Of a stretch of DNA of 64,000 bases, positions 23,082-34,900 are shown piece by piece. Both the position numbers and the translations under genes were made by a program. The notes beneath the pieces are model-generated. The model searched no databases. It had not been told where the DNA came from and saw only the letters and a list, made by a program, of their open reading frames with translations. Position 1 is the stretch's first letter; each line of letters starts with the position of its first letter. This stretch comes from Eledone cirrhosa. Taxonomy: Eukaryota. The stretch spans positions 26,846,001 to 26,910,000 of the forward strand of contig OZ024759.1 in the NCBI GenBank assembly GCA_964016885.1, written 5' to 3'.

Positions 23082-24537
23082 AAGACAACGAATCATCGTT
23101 TTTATTAATGTAAACAAACTTCTCGCAGGTGCTGCCAGATACACGATAACATGTGTATACGAAGTGTAACAGGGAGTTGGGTCGTATTATATGACTTTCA
23201 AATTGACCCCTATTATATTCAAATTATCCCCTGTGGGGCGTGCACCCCACGTTGAGAATCCCTCATAAATAAATATATGTGAGTGTGTTGCTATGACTGC
23301 TATTTCTAGCAGGTTTACTGCAGTCCTGTAGACGCACAACAAAAACCGGAAGTGGCAGCCATTAAAAAACTTTGGCTTAAAATCAGGCAAAAGTTTTTTA
23401 ACAATTTGCCAAGAAAGATAACTCTTGTCTTACTTAATCGCAAAAATCGAGGCAAAAATTTTGCGGCTGTGCAGTTTGTTTGGTGTATTTGACTGCTATT
23501 TCTAGCATATATGGACACTTTAGAAATAGCAGCGAAACACGGGAAACATAAGAAAGAAGGTCACACACGTATATATATATATAATTATGTATCTGTATAT
23601 ATATATATATATATATATACATATATACATATATATATGCACAGATATATACATTTAAATATATATATTTATATATACATACACGCGCGCACACACACCT
23701 ATACGTAGATATTGGTGTGTGTATAGCTGGTATATATATATATGTATGGGTGAGTGTATAGCTGGTATATATATATATATATATAGGTGTGTGTCCTTCT
23801 TTCTGCTGTTTTCCGTTTTTCGCTGCTATTTCTAAAGTGTCCATACATGCTAGAAATAGCAGTCATAGAAACACACTCACATATATTTATTTATGAGGGA
23901 TTCTCAACGTGGGGTGCACGCCCCACAGGGGATAATTTGAATATCCCCCTCTTTATATCAATTAGCACTAACTCTCTCCCTCTCTATATCTACTACACGG
24001 CACTCTCTTCCAATACCCCTCTCTATATGAAGTAACACCAAACTCTCCCCCTCTCTATATATTAAGCACTAAGTCAGGAATTTGTTTCTTCTTTCGTGCA
24101 GAGAGAGTAAAGTTGATTAAATCTACTGCAGTGAATTACTGGTATTTTATTTAATAAAAATTAAAATTTACTATTTGTCTTCGTTTAATTTTCGTTTTTC
24201 TTTACATAGTTTCGTTTCGTTAAATGTCTCCAGAATTTGTTTTTACTTTTACCGGATATTGAAGGTGTAAACTTGGTGTTGTCTAGAAACGTGTTAGAAA
24301 TATTTTTCTTTTAATTGTGAAGAATTTAACCGCAAAGTAAGTTTTTTTTACTGTTTATTTGTGGCTGGGACAACGTATGGTATGTGTTAATGTAAATGGT
24401 GAAGGTTTAAAGATTCTTTTTACAACTGAAAATCGGTTTGTTGTTGCTGCTAATTACTTAACGCATGGAATAGATTAAAAAAATACAGGATTGTTTCTCG
24501 GAAGAGAGGAAGAAGAAACAAATCACAGAAGCGGGTA

Positions 24538-24717
24538 GCACACACATTTGGGACCACATACAACACAAAAACAGGTAATCCACACGTCTGGGACCACATA
24601 CAACACACCAGCAGGTAATACATACATCTAGGACCACATAAGCAGGTAATACACACATCTAGGACCACATACAACACACAAGCAGGTAATACCCACATCT
24701 AGGACGACATACAACCA
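24538..24717 (+). repeat. Imperfect ~40-bp minisatellite, ~4.5 copies (copy at ~57887-58066)
   Basis: gcaggtaatacacacatctaggaccacatacaacacacaa-like units starting at 24571, 24611, 24642 and 24682. Confidence 0.85.
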
Positions 24718-24769
24718 AAGGCAGGCGAAAGGGGTGGACAAACGAGCTGCTACTAGATCAAAAGATAAC

Positions 24770-25015
24770 AGTATCGCGAGGAGCACTGGGAAACCTCTCT
24801 AATGATTTTTTAGGCAAGCCAGCACGTCTGCAGCGTTACCTCGGGCGATGGCGAGGCTGAGGAGCTGGAACAACCAAGTGCCCTCACGAGCTTCACCAGT
24901 CACCTTCGTCAGGCTAGCCGCCAGTGAAGATAGGAATCTCGCAGTCAGTATCCCGACTCCCCCAAACGCCACAGGCTGGAAAATGTAGTTGGCCGACAGA
25001 TCACAGTATTACTTA
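24770..25015 (-). mobile_element. Second, divergent CRE-like retrotransposon 3' fragment (copy at ~58119-58365)
   Basis: The minus strand encodes YCDLSANYIFQPVAFGGVGILTARFLSSLAASLTKVTGEAREGTWLFQLLSLAIARGNAADVLAC (ORF 58109-58324 in unit 2), a typical CRE-clade C-terminus. Confidence 0.8.
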
Positions 25016-25160
25016 ACAGTGATAGATATTCTGTCTAAATGAGGGGCGTACAATAGGCGGCCCGCGGGCCACAATCGAGCCCACCTGACCAGTCAGAGTG
25101 GCCCGCAATGACTCTTGTAGGCTTATTTAGAATTTTTTCCATACCCGTAATACTTCTGTT

Positions 25161-25802
25161 AGTTGACCTATACTAAAGGACTTCACTGATAGGGTTATAT
25201 GTGTTATAATTTCCCAGTTGACCTATACTAAAGGACTTCACTGATAGGGTTATATGTGTTATAGTTTCCCAGTTGACCTATACTAAAGGACTTCACTGAT
25301 AGGGTTATATGTGTTATAGTTTCCCAGTTGACCTATACTAAAGGACTTCACTGATAGGGTTATATGTGTTATAATTTCCCAGTTGACCTATACTAAAGGA
25401 CTTCACTGATAGGGTTATATGTGTTATAGTTTCCCAGTTGACCTATACTAAAGGGCTTCACTGATAGAGTTATATGTGTTATAGTTTCCCAGAGGGCTTC
25501 ACTGATAGGGTTATATGTGTTATAGTTTCCCAGTTGACCTATACTAAATGACTTCACTGATAGGGTTATATGTGTTATAGTTTCCCAGTTGACCTATACT
25601 AAAGGACTTCACTGATAGGGTTATATGTGTTATAGTTTCCCAGTTGACCTATACTAAAGGACTTCACTGATAGGGTTATATGTGTTATAGTTTCCCAGTT
25701 GACCTATACTAAAGGACTTCACTGATAGGGTTATATGTGTTATAGTTTCCCAGTTGACCTATACTAAAGGGCTTCACTGATAGAGTTATATGTGTTATAG
25801 TT
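25161..25802 (+). repeat. 55-bp minisatellite, ~12 copies with one truncated monomer (copy at 58513-59154)
   Basis: agttgacctatactaaaggacttcactgatagggttatatgtgttatagtttccc at 25161, 25216, 25271 and onward. Confidence 0.97.
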
Positions 25803-26375
25803 TGAAACAAACTACCCGCATCAGTTATTATACTTTTATAACACCGCTATATTACCTACATGAAAGAGGTAAATATTTATTTCTCTTGTCTTCTTAAATG
25901 TATAGAACATTTTTCTTATATATATTCTTAACATAGCTAGGACCGTTTATTATTTACTAGTCTCTACTCCTAGGACTTTGCTGGTCTCATGTCCCCTCCA
26001 TCAACACACACTCGGTAGAAAGCTGGTCGTCGGAGGTAAAGTGGCCCTGATTACAGGTCTAGTATTGAAGCCTTTCGGCTTGAGCCTTGCTGATGCCGAC
26101 AGAGTTCCTGTGGTAGTTTTGGTAGCACAGGTGACATTTTATTGTGTTTAGGTACCGGCTAGTGCGGACACAGAGAGCACAACCAGGTGGTGAGCTGGCA
26201 ACGACCAAGTGTAGAGGGCCAGCTTTGAAATTCGAGCGACGGAGTGAACTAGTAAAAGAGGCAGGGTAAGCAGCATTGGTTCTAACGGTGGGACTAGAAC
26301 GGATGTTGGGTGGTGCTGGGGGTGGGCTAACAGCTAACAGTTGTAGGAGTGGTGGGGTTTTGCTAGGATTAATTT

Positions 26376-28727
26376 TTACATCTGTCTGTGAACTCTTGAA
26401 AAAGCAACATACAATTGTCCAGGGTTAAATACTTGCTCAGGGAGGAACAGACCCACTTTATCATGTATTTGACCATGGTTCTTGTTGATTGTCATGGCAT
26501 ATGACAGTCTTAATGGAAACTGGGGTCTTTCCAAAGTAAAAAGGATGTTGGCACCACTGGGGGCTAACTTCAGTCTTGGGATCAAAACACACCTGCCCAT
26601 CAAAGGACCATAGATATGAGAAGCTTTGATAAAATGTTTATGCAGTTCTACTACTTCTAATCTTGTGCCATTACATAATCTGTTCTGGATTGAAATATTC
26701 CATAGAAGCATTAGTATTGATGCTGCTTTTAATTGGAGTTTGTGAGGCGGCATCCCAGAAGGTGTAAGCAAGTTCATTTAGCTTGAACCAGGCAGCAAGG
26801 GTCCCTGCATTTCTACCACAACCTGAGCATTGCCTCTTTGAAAGTAAACTGTGTTTGTTCTCCAGGTGTGTGGCTAGGCTGTATAATGTATGTGATGTAC
26901 CATGAAGCTTAAATTCGGAGAGACACGACACTGCTTCTGGCTGAGACACATACCTGCAACAAAGATAGGTTCTTATTTCATCATGGTTGTGTTGGTTCTG
27001 AGCCTCATTAGGTAATGCATTATTCGTTACTTCTATAGATGTACAATCATGCCCCATGTAACATATTTAAAGAGGTACTTGACACTTTTTACAGAAGCGC
27101 AAACTTCAACATTAATATGTGCACAATATTTCTTAAGCAAAAAGGCATTAAATGGCACAACATTCCTGTTATCTACTGAATGTCATCCAATTTACACTGC
27201 AGTTCCTGTCTTGCACCTCCTGTACTCTGGGTATCCATTTAGGTTCAATAATGTTTCCCTTCTGTAGGTTTTTGGATAGTTCTTTTGGAAAAATCCATTT
27301 TGTATAAATGGGGGAAAAGGGTTTCCAGAACCACATGGCCCGTGGATCATAAACTTTTAAACCTGCTCATATAGTACTTGATCATCTTCCAATGCAGGTA
27401 TTTCTGCTGACACGATTCTGTCAATGTCTTCTCTGTTTCTTATCTTGTCTTCATTTCTTAAGGCTCAGTGTTATCATCTGTTTAGATAATTCATTAAACC
27501 ATTATACTCATCCACTCACAATTGGGCTTGATTGTTCCTCAAATATTGAAGCCTGCATCCCTCTACTTTCATATATGCTTCCACTAAATACTGCTAAAAT
27601 AATTTACCTGCCCTATATATCGCACTAAATCCTCCTCTATATGCTATACTGTATATGTAATACTCCTGCATTGTCAGTCTATTGCAAACACAGGTCCTGC
27701 ATTCCTCTCCATGTCACTATGCCACCAAAATTCACCATTATGGGTCGGTCATGAGGTCCAAGTGGCATGAATTATGTGATATTTTCTGAGGAGGATGGTC
27801 TTTAGGAAAGATGATAATATCTCTTTGTACAGGTGGTCTGCCCTCAATCCCCCACAAAACAACAGCTATCATTACTAGTTGGTAAATTATAGCAGCTCAT
27901 ATCTGATCCTCTTCTAAATCTTAATTCACAGTTCTGTACACGACAATGTTCTCTTCTTGCACTTTGCTGTTTGATGCCATGCATTGTATTGTACAATTCA
28001 CATATGGATTACATTCATGCAACACCTCTCTTATCATAGCCATTTTTTGTGGTGAGCACTCATTATTTGTTGGTACTAGGGCGGTGGATTGGCAGTATCG
28101 GTAGAGCGTCAGACACCATGCTTTGCAGCATAGGGTTATGGCCCTTTACGTTCTGGGTTCAAATCCCTCCAAGGTTGACTTTGTTTTCATCCTTATGAGG
28201 TCGATAGAATAAAGTACCAGTAATTGCTGGCCTTGTGCCAGAAACAATTATTTGGTCGTACTTCCAATCTGTGCTACACACCTTCGTTCCCATCAATAAT
28301 ATATAACTGGCCATATTGTGGTGTATTTTCTGCAGGTTACAGAGGTGGGGGTGTAGTGATATGTTTGACCGTGAATATGAAAGCTATACGGGCCTCTGCC
28401 GGGTGGTAACACCAAATGAAGTGAAATAAATGTAGTTTTAATTGCAGACGTTTCTGTGAAATCAACTGCTTCCTGGCCTCTTTCAAAGAGATTTCTCAGT
28501 CTCTCGGGGTATATTTGCAATGGTGGCAACACAGCCTTTCCTTTATTACAACAGTTATTTTCATTTCTAAATTTCAAAGCTTCACAGTGATCACACGAAA
28601 CATTCATATCACTAATATGAAATTCTTCTAGATTTCCATTAATATTAATTGTTGGCCAATTTCTCTTATGACGCTCATTATCCATTCTTCTCTGTCTGAA
28701 TGTTTTCCATTCTAAGTCTATTTGCAT
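26376..28727 (-). pseudogene. Degenerate, internally deleted Helitron Rep/Pif1-helicase gene
   Basis: Collinear motifs on the minus strand across frameshifts and stops: CDHC..CCNKGK, GPYSFHIHGQTYH, YNLPT, RLTMQEYY, GKLF*QYLVEAYMKVE, IDRIVSAEIP, MIHGPCG, GYPEYRR, VDNRNVVPFN..AHINVEVCASVKSVKYLFKY (Rep tyrosine motif), DEIRTYLCCRYVS, AWFKLN. Then the Pif1 C-terminus PSGMPPHKLQLK..LCNGTRL..QFPLRLSYAMTINK..GQLYVAFSRV. Confidence 0.95.
28079..28253 (+). mobile_element. tRNA-derived SINE inserted antisense in the Helitron (copy at 61431-61605)
   Basis: Same element at the same Helitron position as 16232-16406, with A/B boxes and an imperfect 16-bp flanking direct repeat. Confidence 0.85.
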
Positions 28728-28828
28728 GGAATAATTATATTCTGTTGTTTATTATGTAATTAAATAGCTCTGTACAATACATAGAGCATTCTTCTTTTCT
28801 TTACCTTTTCTATAGAAATACAAGAACA

Positions 28829-28832
<4 letters not shown>

Positions 28833-28887
<55 letters not shown>
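28833..28887. repeat. (TA)n microsatellite, length-variable between paralogs (16973, 19364, 54283, 62184)
   Basis: Pure TA run at the same position upstream of each Helitron 5' fragment, with different lengths. Confidence 0.9.
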
Positions 28888-28895
<8 letters not shown>

Positions 28896-28936
28896 GTGTG
28901 TATATACATAAACAAGACTGTTATTACTCCAACCAG

Positions 28937-31900
28937 ATAAAACTCTGTCATGTAATGTTATCGACATATCTGCCCTTGGGGCTAATAATTGTCATGTAAT
29001 GTTATGGACATCTCTGCCCCTGTGGCTAATAATTCTGTCATGTAATGTTATGGACATCTCTGCCCCTGTGGCTAATAATTCTGTCATGTAATGTTATGGA
29101 CATCTCTGCCCCTGTGGTTAATAATTCTGAGAGAGATAAAACAAGTGAGGGATTAGAGTGTTGAAACAAGAGAGAGAGAGGAAGAGAGAGAGAGAGCGAG
29201 ATGAAATGAGACAGGGAGAGCGAGATGAAACGCGAGAGTGAGAGAAGCGATATGAAACGAGAGAGTGAGAGCGAGATGAAACGAGAGAGAGAGAGAGCGA
29301 GATGAAACGAGACAGAGAGAGCGAGATGTAATGAGAGAGAGAGAGAGAGCGGGATGGAACGAGACAGAGAGGAAACGAGAGAGAGAGGAAACGAGAGTGA
29401 GGAAACGAGAGTAGAGAGCGAGATGAAACAGGAGAGAGAGAGCGAGATGAAACGAGAGGGAGAGAGAGATGAAACGAGGGAGATAGAGATGAAACGAGAG
29501 AGAGGAAGAGAGAGATGGAACGAGAGAGAGGAAGACAGAGATGAAACGAGAGAGAGAGAGAGATGAAACGAGAGAGAGAGAGCGCGAGATGAAACGAGAG
29601 AGAGAGAGCGCGAGATGAAACGACAGAGAGAGAGAGAGATGAAAGGAGGGAGATAGAGATGAAACGAGAGAGAGGAAGAGAGAGATGGAACGAGCGAGAG
29701 GAAGAGAGAGATGGAACGAGAGAGAGGAAGACAGAGATGAAACGAGAGAGAGCGAGATGAAACGAGAGAGAGAGAGAGAGCGAGATGAAACGAGAGAGAG
29801 GAAGAGAGAGAGCGCCAGATGAAACTCTGTCATGTAATGTTATGGACATATCTGCCCTTGGGGCTAATAATTGTCATGTAATGTTATGGACATCTCTGCC
29901 CCTGTGGCTAATAATTCTTTCATGTAATGTTATGGACATCTCGGCCCCTGTGGCTAATAATTCTGACATGTAATGTTATGGACATATATGCCCCTGTGGC
30001 TAATAATTCTGACATGTAATGTTATGGACATCTCTGCCCCTGTGGCTAATAATTCTGTCATGTAATGTTATGGACATCTCTGCCCCTGTGGCTAATAATT
30101 CTGCCATGTAATGTTATGGACATCTCTGCCCCTGTGGCTAATAATTCTGCCATGTAATGTTATGGACATCTCTGCCCCTGTGGCTAATAATTCTGACATG
30201 TAATGTTATGGACATCTCTGCCCTGTGGCTAATAATTCTGACATGTAATGTTATGGACATCTCTGCCCCTGTGGCTAATAATTCTGAGAGAGATGAAACA
30301 AGTGAGGGATTAGAGAGAGATAAAACAAGTGAGGGATTAGAGTGTTGAAACAAGAGAGAGAGAGGAAGAGAGAGAGAGAGCGAGATGAAATGAGACAGGG
30401 AGAGCGAGATGAAACACGAGAGTGAGTGAAGCGAGATGAAACGAGAGAGTGAGAGCGAGATGAAACGAGAGAGAGAGAGAGCGAGATGAAACGAGACAGA
30501 GAGAGCGAGATGTAATGAGAGAGAGAGAGAGCGGGATGGAACGAGACAGAGAGGAAACGAGAGAGAGGAAACGAGAGTAGAGAGCGAGATGAAACGAGAG
30601 GGAGAGAGAGATGAAACGAGAGAGCGAGAGAGAGATGAAACGAGGGAGATAGAGATGAAACGAGAGAGAGAAAGAGAGAGATGGAACGAGAGAGAGGAAG
30701 AAAGAGATGAAACGAGAGAGAGAGAGAGCGAGATGAAACGAGAGAGAGAGAGCGCGAGATGAAACGAGAGAGAGAGAGCGCGAGATGAAACGAGAGAGAG
30801 AGAGCGCGAGATGAAACGAGAGAGAGAGAGCGCGAGATGAAACGACAGAGAGAGAGACAGATAAAAGGAGGGAGATAGAGATGAAACGAGAGAGAGGAAG
30901 ATAGAGATGGAACGAGAGAGAGCAAGAGAGAGATGGAACGAGAGAGAGGAAGACAGAGATGAAACGAGAGAGAGAGAGAGCGAGATGAAACTCTGTCATG
31001 TAATGTTATGGACATATCTGCCCTTGGGGCTAATAATTGTCATGTAATGTTATGGACATCTCTGCCCCTGTGGCTAATAATTCTGTCATGTAATGTTATG
31101 GACATCTCTGCCCCTGTGGCTAATAATTTTGTCATGTAATGTTATGGACATCTCTGCCCCTGTGGCTAATAATTCTGACATGTAATGTTATGGACATCTC
31201 TGCCCTGTGGCTAATAATTCTGACATGTAATGTTATGGACATCTCTGCCCCTGTGGCTAATAATTCTAAGAGAGATGAAACAAGTGAGGGATTAGAGAGA
31301 GATAAAAAAGTGAGGGATTAGAGTGTTGAAACAAGAGAGAGAGAGGAAGAGAGAGAGAGAGAGCGAGATGAAATGAGACAGGGAGAGCGAGATGAAACGA
31401 GACAGAGAGGAAACGAGAGAGAGGAGACGAGAGTAGAGAGCGAGATGAAACAGAAGAGAGAGAGCGAGATGAAACGAGAGGGAGAGAGAGATGAAACGAG
31501 TGAGCGAGAGAGAGAGGAAACGAGGGAGATAGAGATGAAACGAGAGAGAGGAAGAGAGAGATGGAACGAGAGAGAGGAAGAGAGAGAGGAAGACAGAGAT
31601 GAAACGAGAGAGAGAGAGAGCGAGATGAAATGAGAGAGAGAGAGCGCGAGATGAAACGAGAGAGAGAGAGAGCGCGAGATGAAACGACAGAGAGAGAGAC
31701 AGATGAAAGGAGGGAGATAAAGATGAAACGAGAGAGAGAGCGAGAGGAAACGAGAGAGAGAGAGCGCAAGATGAAACGAGAGAGAGAGAGCGCGAGATGA
31801 AACTCTGTCATGTAATGTTATGGACATATCTGCCTCTGTGGCTAATAATTGTCATGTAATGTTATGGTCATCTCTGCCCCTGTGGCTAATAATTCTGTCA

Positions 31901-34900
31901 TGTAATGTTATGGACATCTCTGCCCCTGTGGTTAATAATTCTGACATGTAATGTTATGGTCATCTCTGCGCCTGTGGCTAATAATTCTGAGAGAGATGAA
32001 ACAAGTGAGGGATTAGAGTGTTGAAACAAGAGAGAGAGAGCGAGATGAAATGAGAGAGTGTGAGCGAGATGAAACGAGACAGGGAGAGCGAGATGAAACG
32101 AGAGAGTGAGAGCGAGATGAAACGAGAGAGTGAGAGCGAGATGAAATGAGAGAGAGAGAGCGAGATGAAATGAGAGAGAGAGAGCGAGATGAAATGAGAG
32201 AGAGAGAGCGAGATGAAACGAGACAGAGAGAGAACGAGATGAAACGAGAGGGAGAGAGAGATGAAACGAGAGAGAGTGGAAACGAGAGTAGAGAGCGAGA
32301 TGAAACAGGAGAGAGAGAGAGCGAGATGAAACAGGAGAGAGAGAGCGAGATGAAACGAGAGGGAGAGAGAGATGAAACGAGAGAGCGAGAGAGAGATGAA
32401 ACGAGAGGGAGAGAGAGATGAAACGAGAGAGCGAGAGAGAGATGAAACGAGGGAGATATAGATGAAACGAGAGAGAGGAAGAGAGAGATGGAACGAGAGA
32501 GAGGAAGACAGAGATGGAACGAGAGAGAGGAAGACAGAGATGAAACGAGAGAGAGAGAGAGCGAGATGAAACAGGAGAGAGAGAGCGAGATGATACGAGA
32601 GGGAGAGAGAGATGAAACGAGAGAGCGAGAGAGAGATGAAACAAGGGAGATAGAGATGAAACGAAAGAGAGGAAGAGAGAGATGGAACGAGAGAGAGGAA
32701 GAGAGAGATGGAACGAGAGAGAGGAAGACAGAGATGAAACGAGAGAGCGAGATGAAACGAGAGAGAGAGAGAGCGAGAAGAAACGAGAGAGAGGAAGAGA
32801 GAGAGCGCCAGATGAAACTCTGTCATGTAATGTTATGGACATATCTGCCCTTGGGGCTAATAATTGTCATGTAATGTTATGGACATCTCTGCCCCTGTGG
32901 CTAATAACTCTGACATGTAATGTTATGGACATCTCTGCCCCTGTGGCTAATAATTCTGAGAGAGATGAAACAAGTGAGGGATTAGAGAGAGATAAAACAA
33001 GTGAGGGATTAGAGTGTTGAAACAAGAGAGAGAGAGAGCGAGATGAAACGCGATAGTGAGAGAAGAGAGATGAAACGAGAGAGTGAGAGCGAGATGAAAC
33101 GAGAGAGAGAGAGAGCGAGATGAAACGAGACAGAGAGAGCGAGATGTAATGAGAGAGAGAGCGAGCGGGATGGAACGAGACAGAGAGGAAACGAGAGTAG
33201 AGAGCGAGATGAAACGAGAGGGAGAGAGAGATGAAACGAGAGAGCGAGAGAGAGATGAAACGAGGGAGATAGAGATGAAATGAGAGAGAGGAAGAGAGAG
33301 ATGGAACGAGAGAGAGGAAGACAGAGATGAAACGAGAGAGAGAGAGAGCGAGATGAAACGAGACAGAGAGAGCGCGAGATGAAACGAGAGAGAGAGAGCA
33401 CGAGATGAAACGACAGAGAGAGAGACAGATGAAAGGAGGGAGATAGAGATAAAACGAGAGAGATGATGAGAGAGATGGAACGAGAGAGAGGAAGAGAGAG
33501 ATGGAACGAGAGAGAGGAAGACAGAGATGAAACGAGAGAGAGAGAGCAAGATGAAGCGAGAGAGAGAGAGCGCGAGATGAAACTCTATCATGTAATGTTA
33601 TTGATATATCTGCCCCTGTGGCTAATAATTGTCATGTAATGTTATGGTCATCTCTGCCCCTGTGGCTAATAATTCTGTCATGTAATGTTATGGACGTCTC
33701 CGCCCCTGTGGCTAATAACTCTGACATGTAATGTTATGGACATCTCTGCCCTGTGGCTAATAATTCTGACATGTAATGTTATGGACATCTCTGCCCCTGT
33801 GGCTAATAATTCTGAGAGAGATGAAACAAGTGAGGGATTAGAGAGAGATAAAACAAGTGAGGGATTAGAGTGTTGAAACAGGAGAGAGAGGGCGAGATGA
33901 AACGCGATAGTGAGATAGGCGAGATGAAACGAGAGAGTGAGAGCGAGATGAAACGGGACAGAGAGAGCGAGATGTAATGAGAGAGAGAGAGAGCGGGATG
34001 GAACGAGACAGAGAGGAAACGAGAGTAGAGAGCGAGATGAAACGAGAGGGAGAGAGAGATGAAACGAGAGAGCGAGAGTGAGATGAAACGAGGGAGATAG
34101 AGATGAAACGAGAGAGAGGAAGAGAGAGATGGAACGAGAGAGAGGAAGACAGAGATGAAACGAGAGAGAGAGAGAGCGAGATGAAACGAGAGAGAGAGAG
34201 CGCAAGATGAAACGAGAGAGAGAGAGCCCGAGATGAAACGACAGAGAGAGAGACAGATGAAAGGAGGGAGATAGAGATGAAACGAGAGAGAGGAAGAGAG
34301 AGATGGAACGAGAGAGAGGAAGACAGAGATGAAACGAGAGAGAGAGCGAGATGAAACGAGAGAGAGGAAGAGAGAGAGCGCGAGATGAAACTCTCTCATG
34401 TAATGTTATCGACATATCTGCCCTTGGGGCTAATAATTGTCATGTAATGTTATGGACATCTCTGCCCCTATGGCTAATAATTCTATCATGTAATGTTATG
34501 GACATCTCTGCCCCTGTGGCTAATAATTCTGTCATGTAATGTTATGGACATCTCTGCCCCTGTGGCTAATAATTCTGACATGTAATGTTATGGACATCTC
34601 TGCCCCTGTGGCTAATAATTCTGCCATGTAATGTTATGGACATCTCTGCCCTGTGGCTAATAATTCTGACATGTAATGTTATGGACATCTCTGCCCCTGT
34701 GGCTAATAATTCTGAGAGAGATGAACCAAGTGAGGGATTAGAGAGAGATAAAACAAGTGAGGGATTAGAGTGTTGAAACAAGAGAGAGAGAGGAAGAGAG
34801 AGAGAGAGCGAGATGAAACAAGAGAGTGAGAGAAACGAGATGAAACGAGAGAGTGAGAGCGAGATCAAACGAGAAAGAGAGAGAGCGAGATGAAACGAGA

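Larger units (their letters stand above)
1..28936. repeat. Macro-repeat unit 1 (~29 kb): inverted satellite plus TE-relic segment
   Basis: Position 1 (gtaatgttatcgacatatctgcccttggg) recurs at 28952 and 62288. The order of sub-blocks and the unique sequence recur in unit 2, e.g. near-identical ORFs 26376/59728 and 16446/50832. Confidence 0.97.

Noticed and set aside
23480-23545. 12-bp stem followed by cgaaac as a hammerhead ribozyme
   Set aside because: No CUGAnGA box upstream and no stem III.
21756-23844. Short ORFs rich in Y/I/C/V/H/T (also 15115-15445, 28752-28967)
   Set aside because: Translations of TA/CA microsatellites and MITE sequence with no protein motifs.
25161-25802. 55-bp array as CRISPR
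   Set aside because: Contiguous tandem monomers with no spacers.
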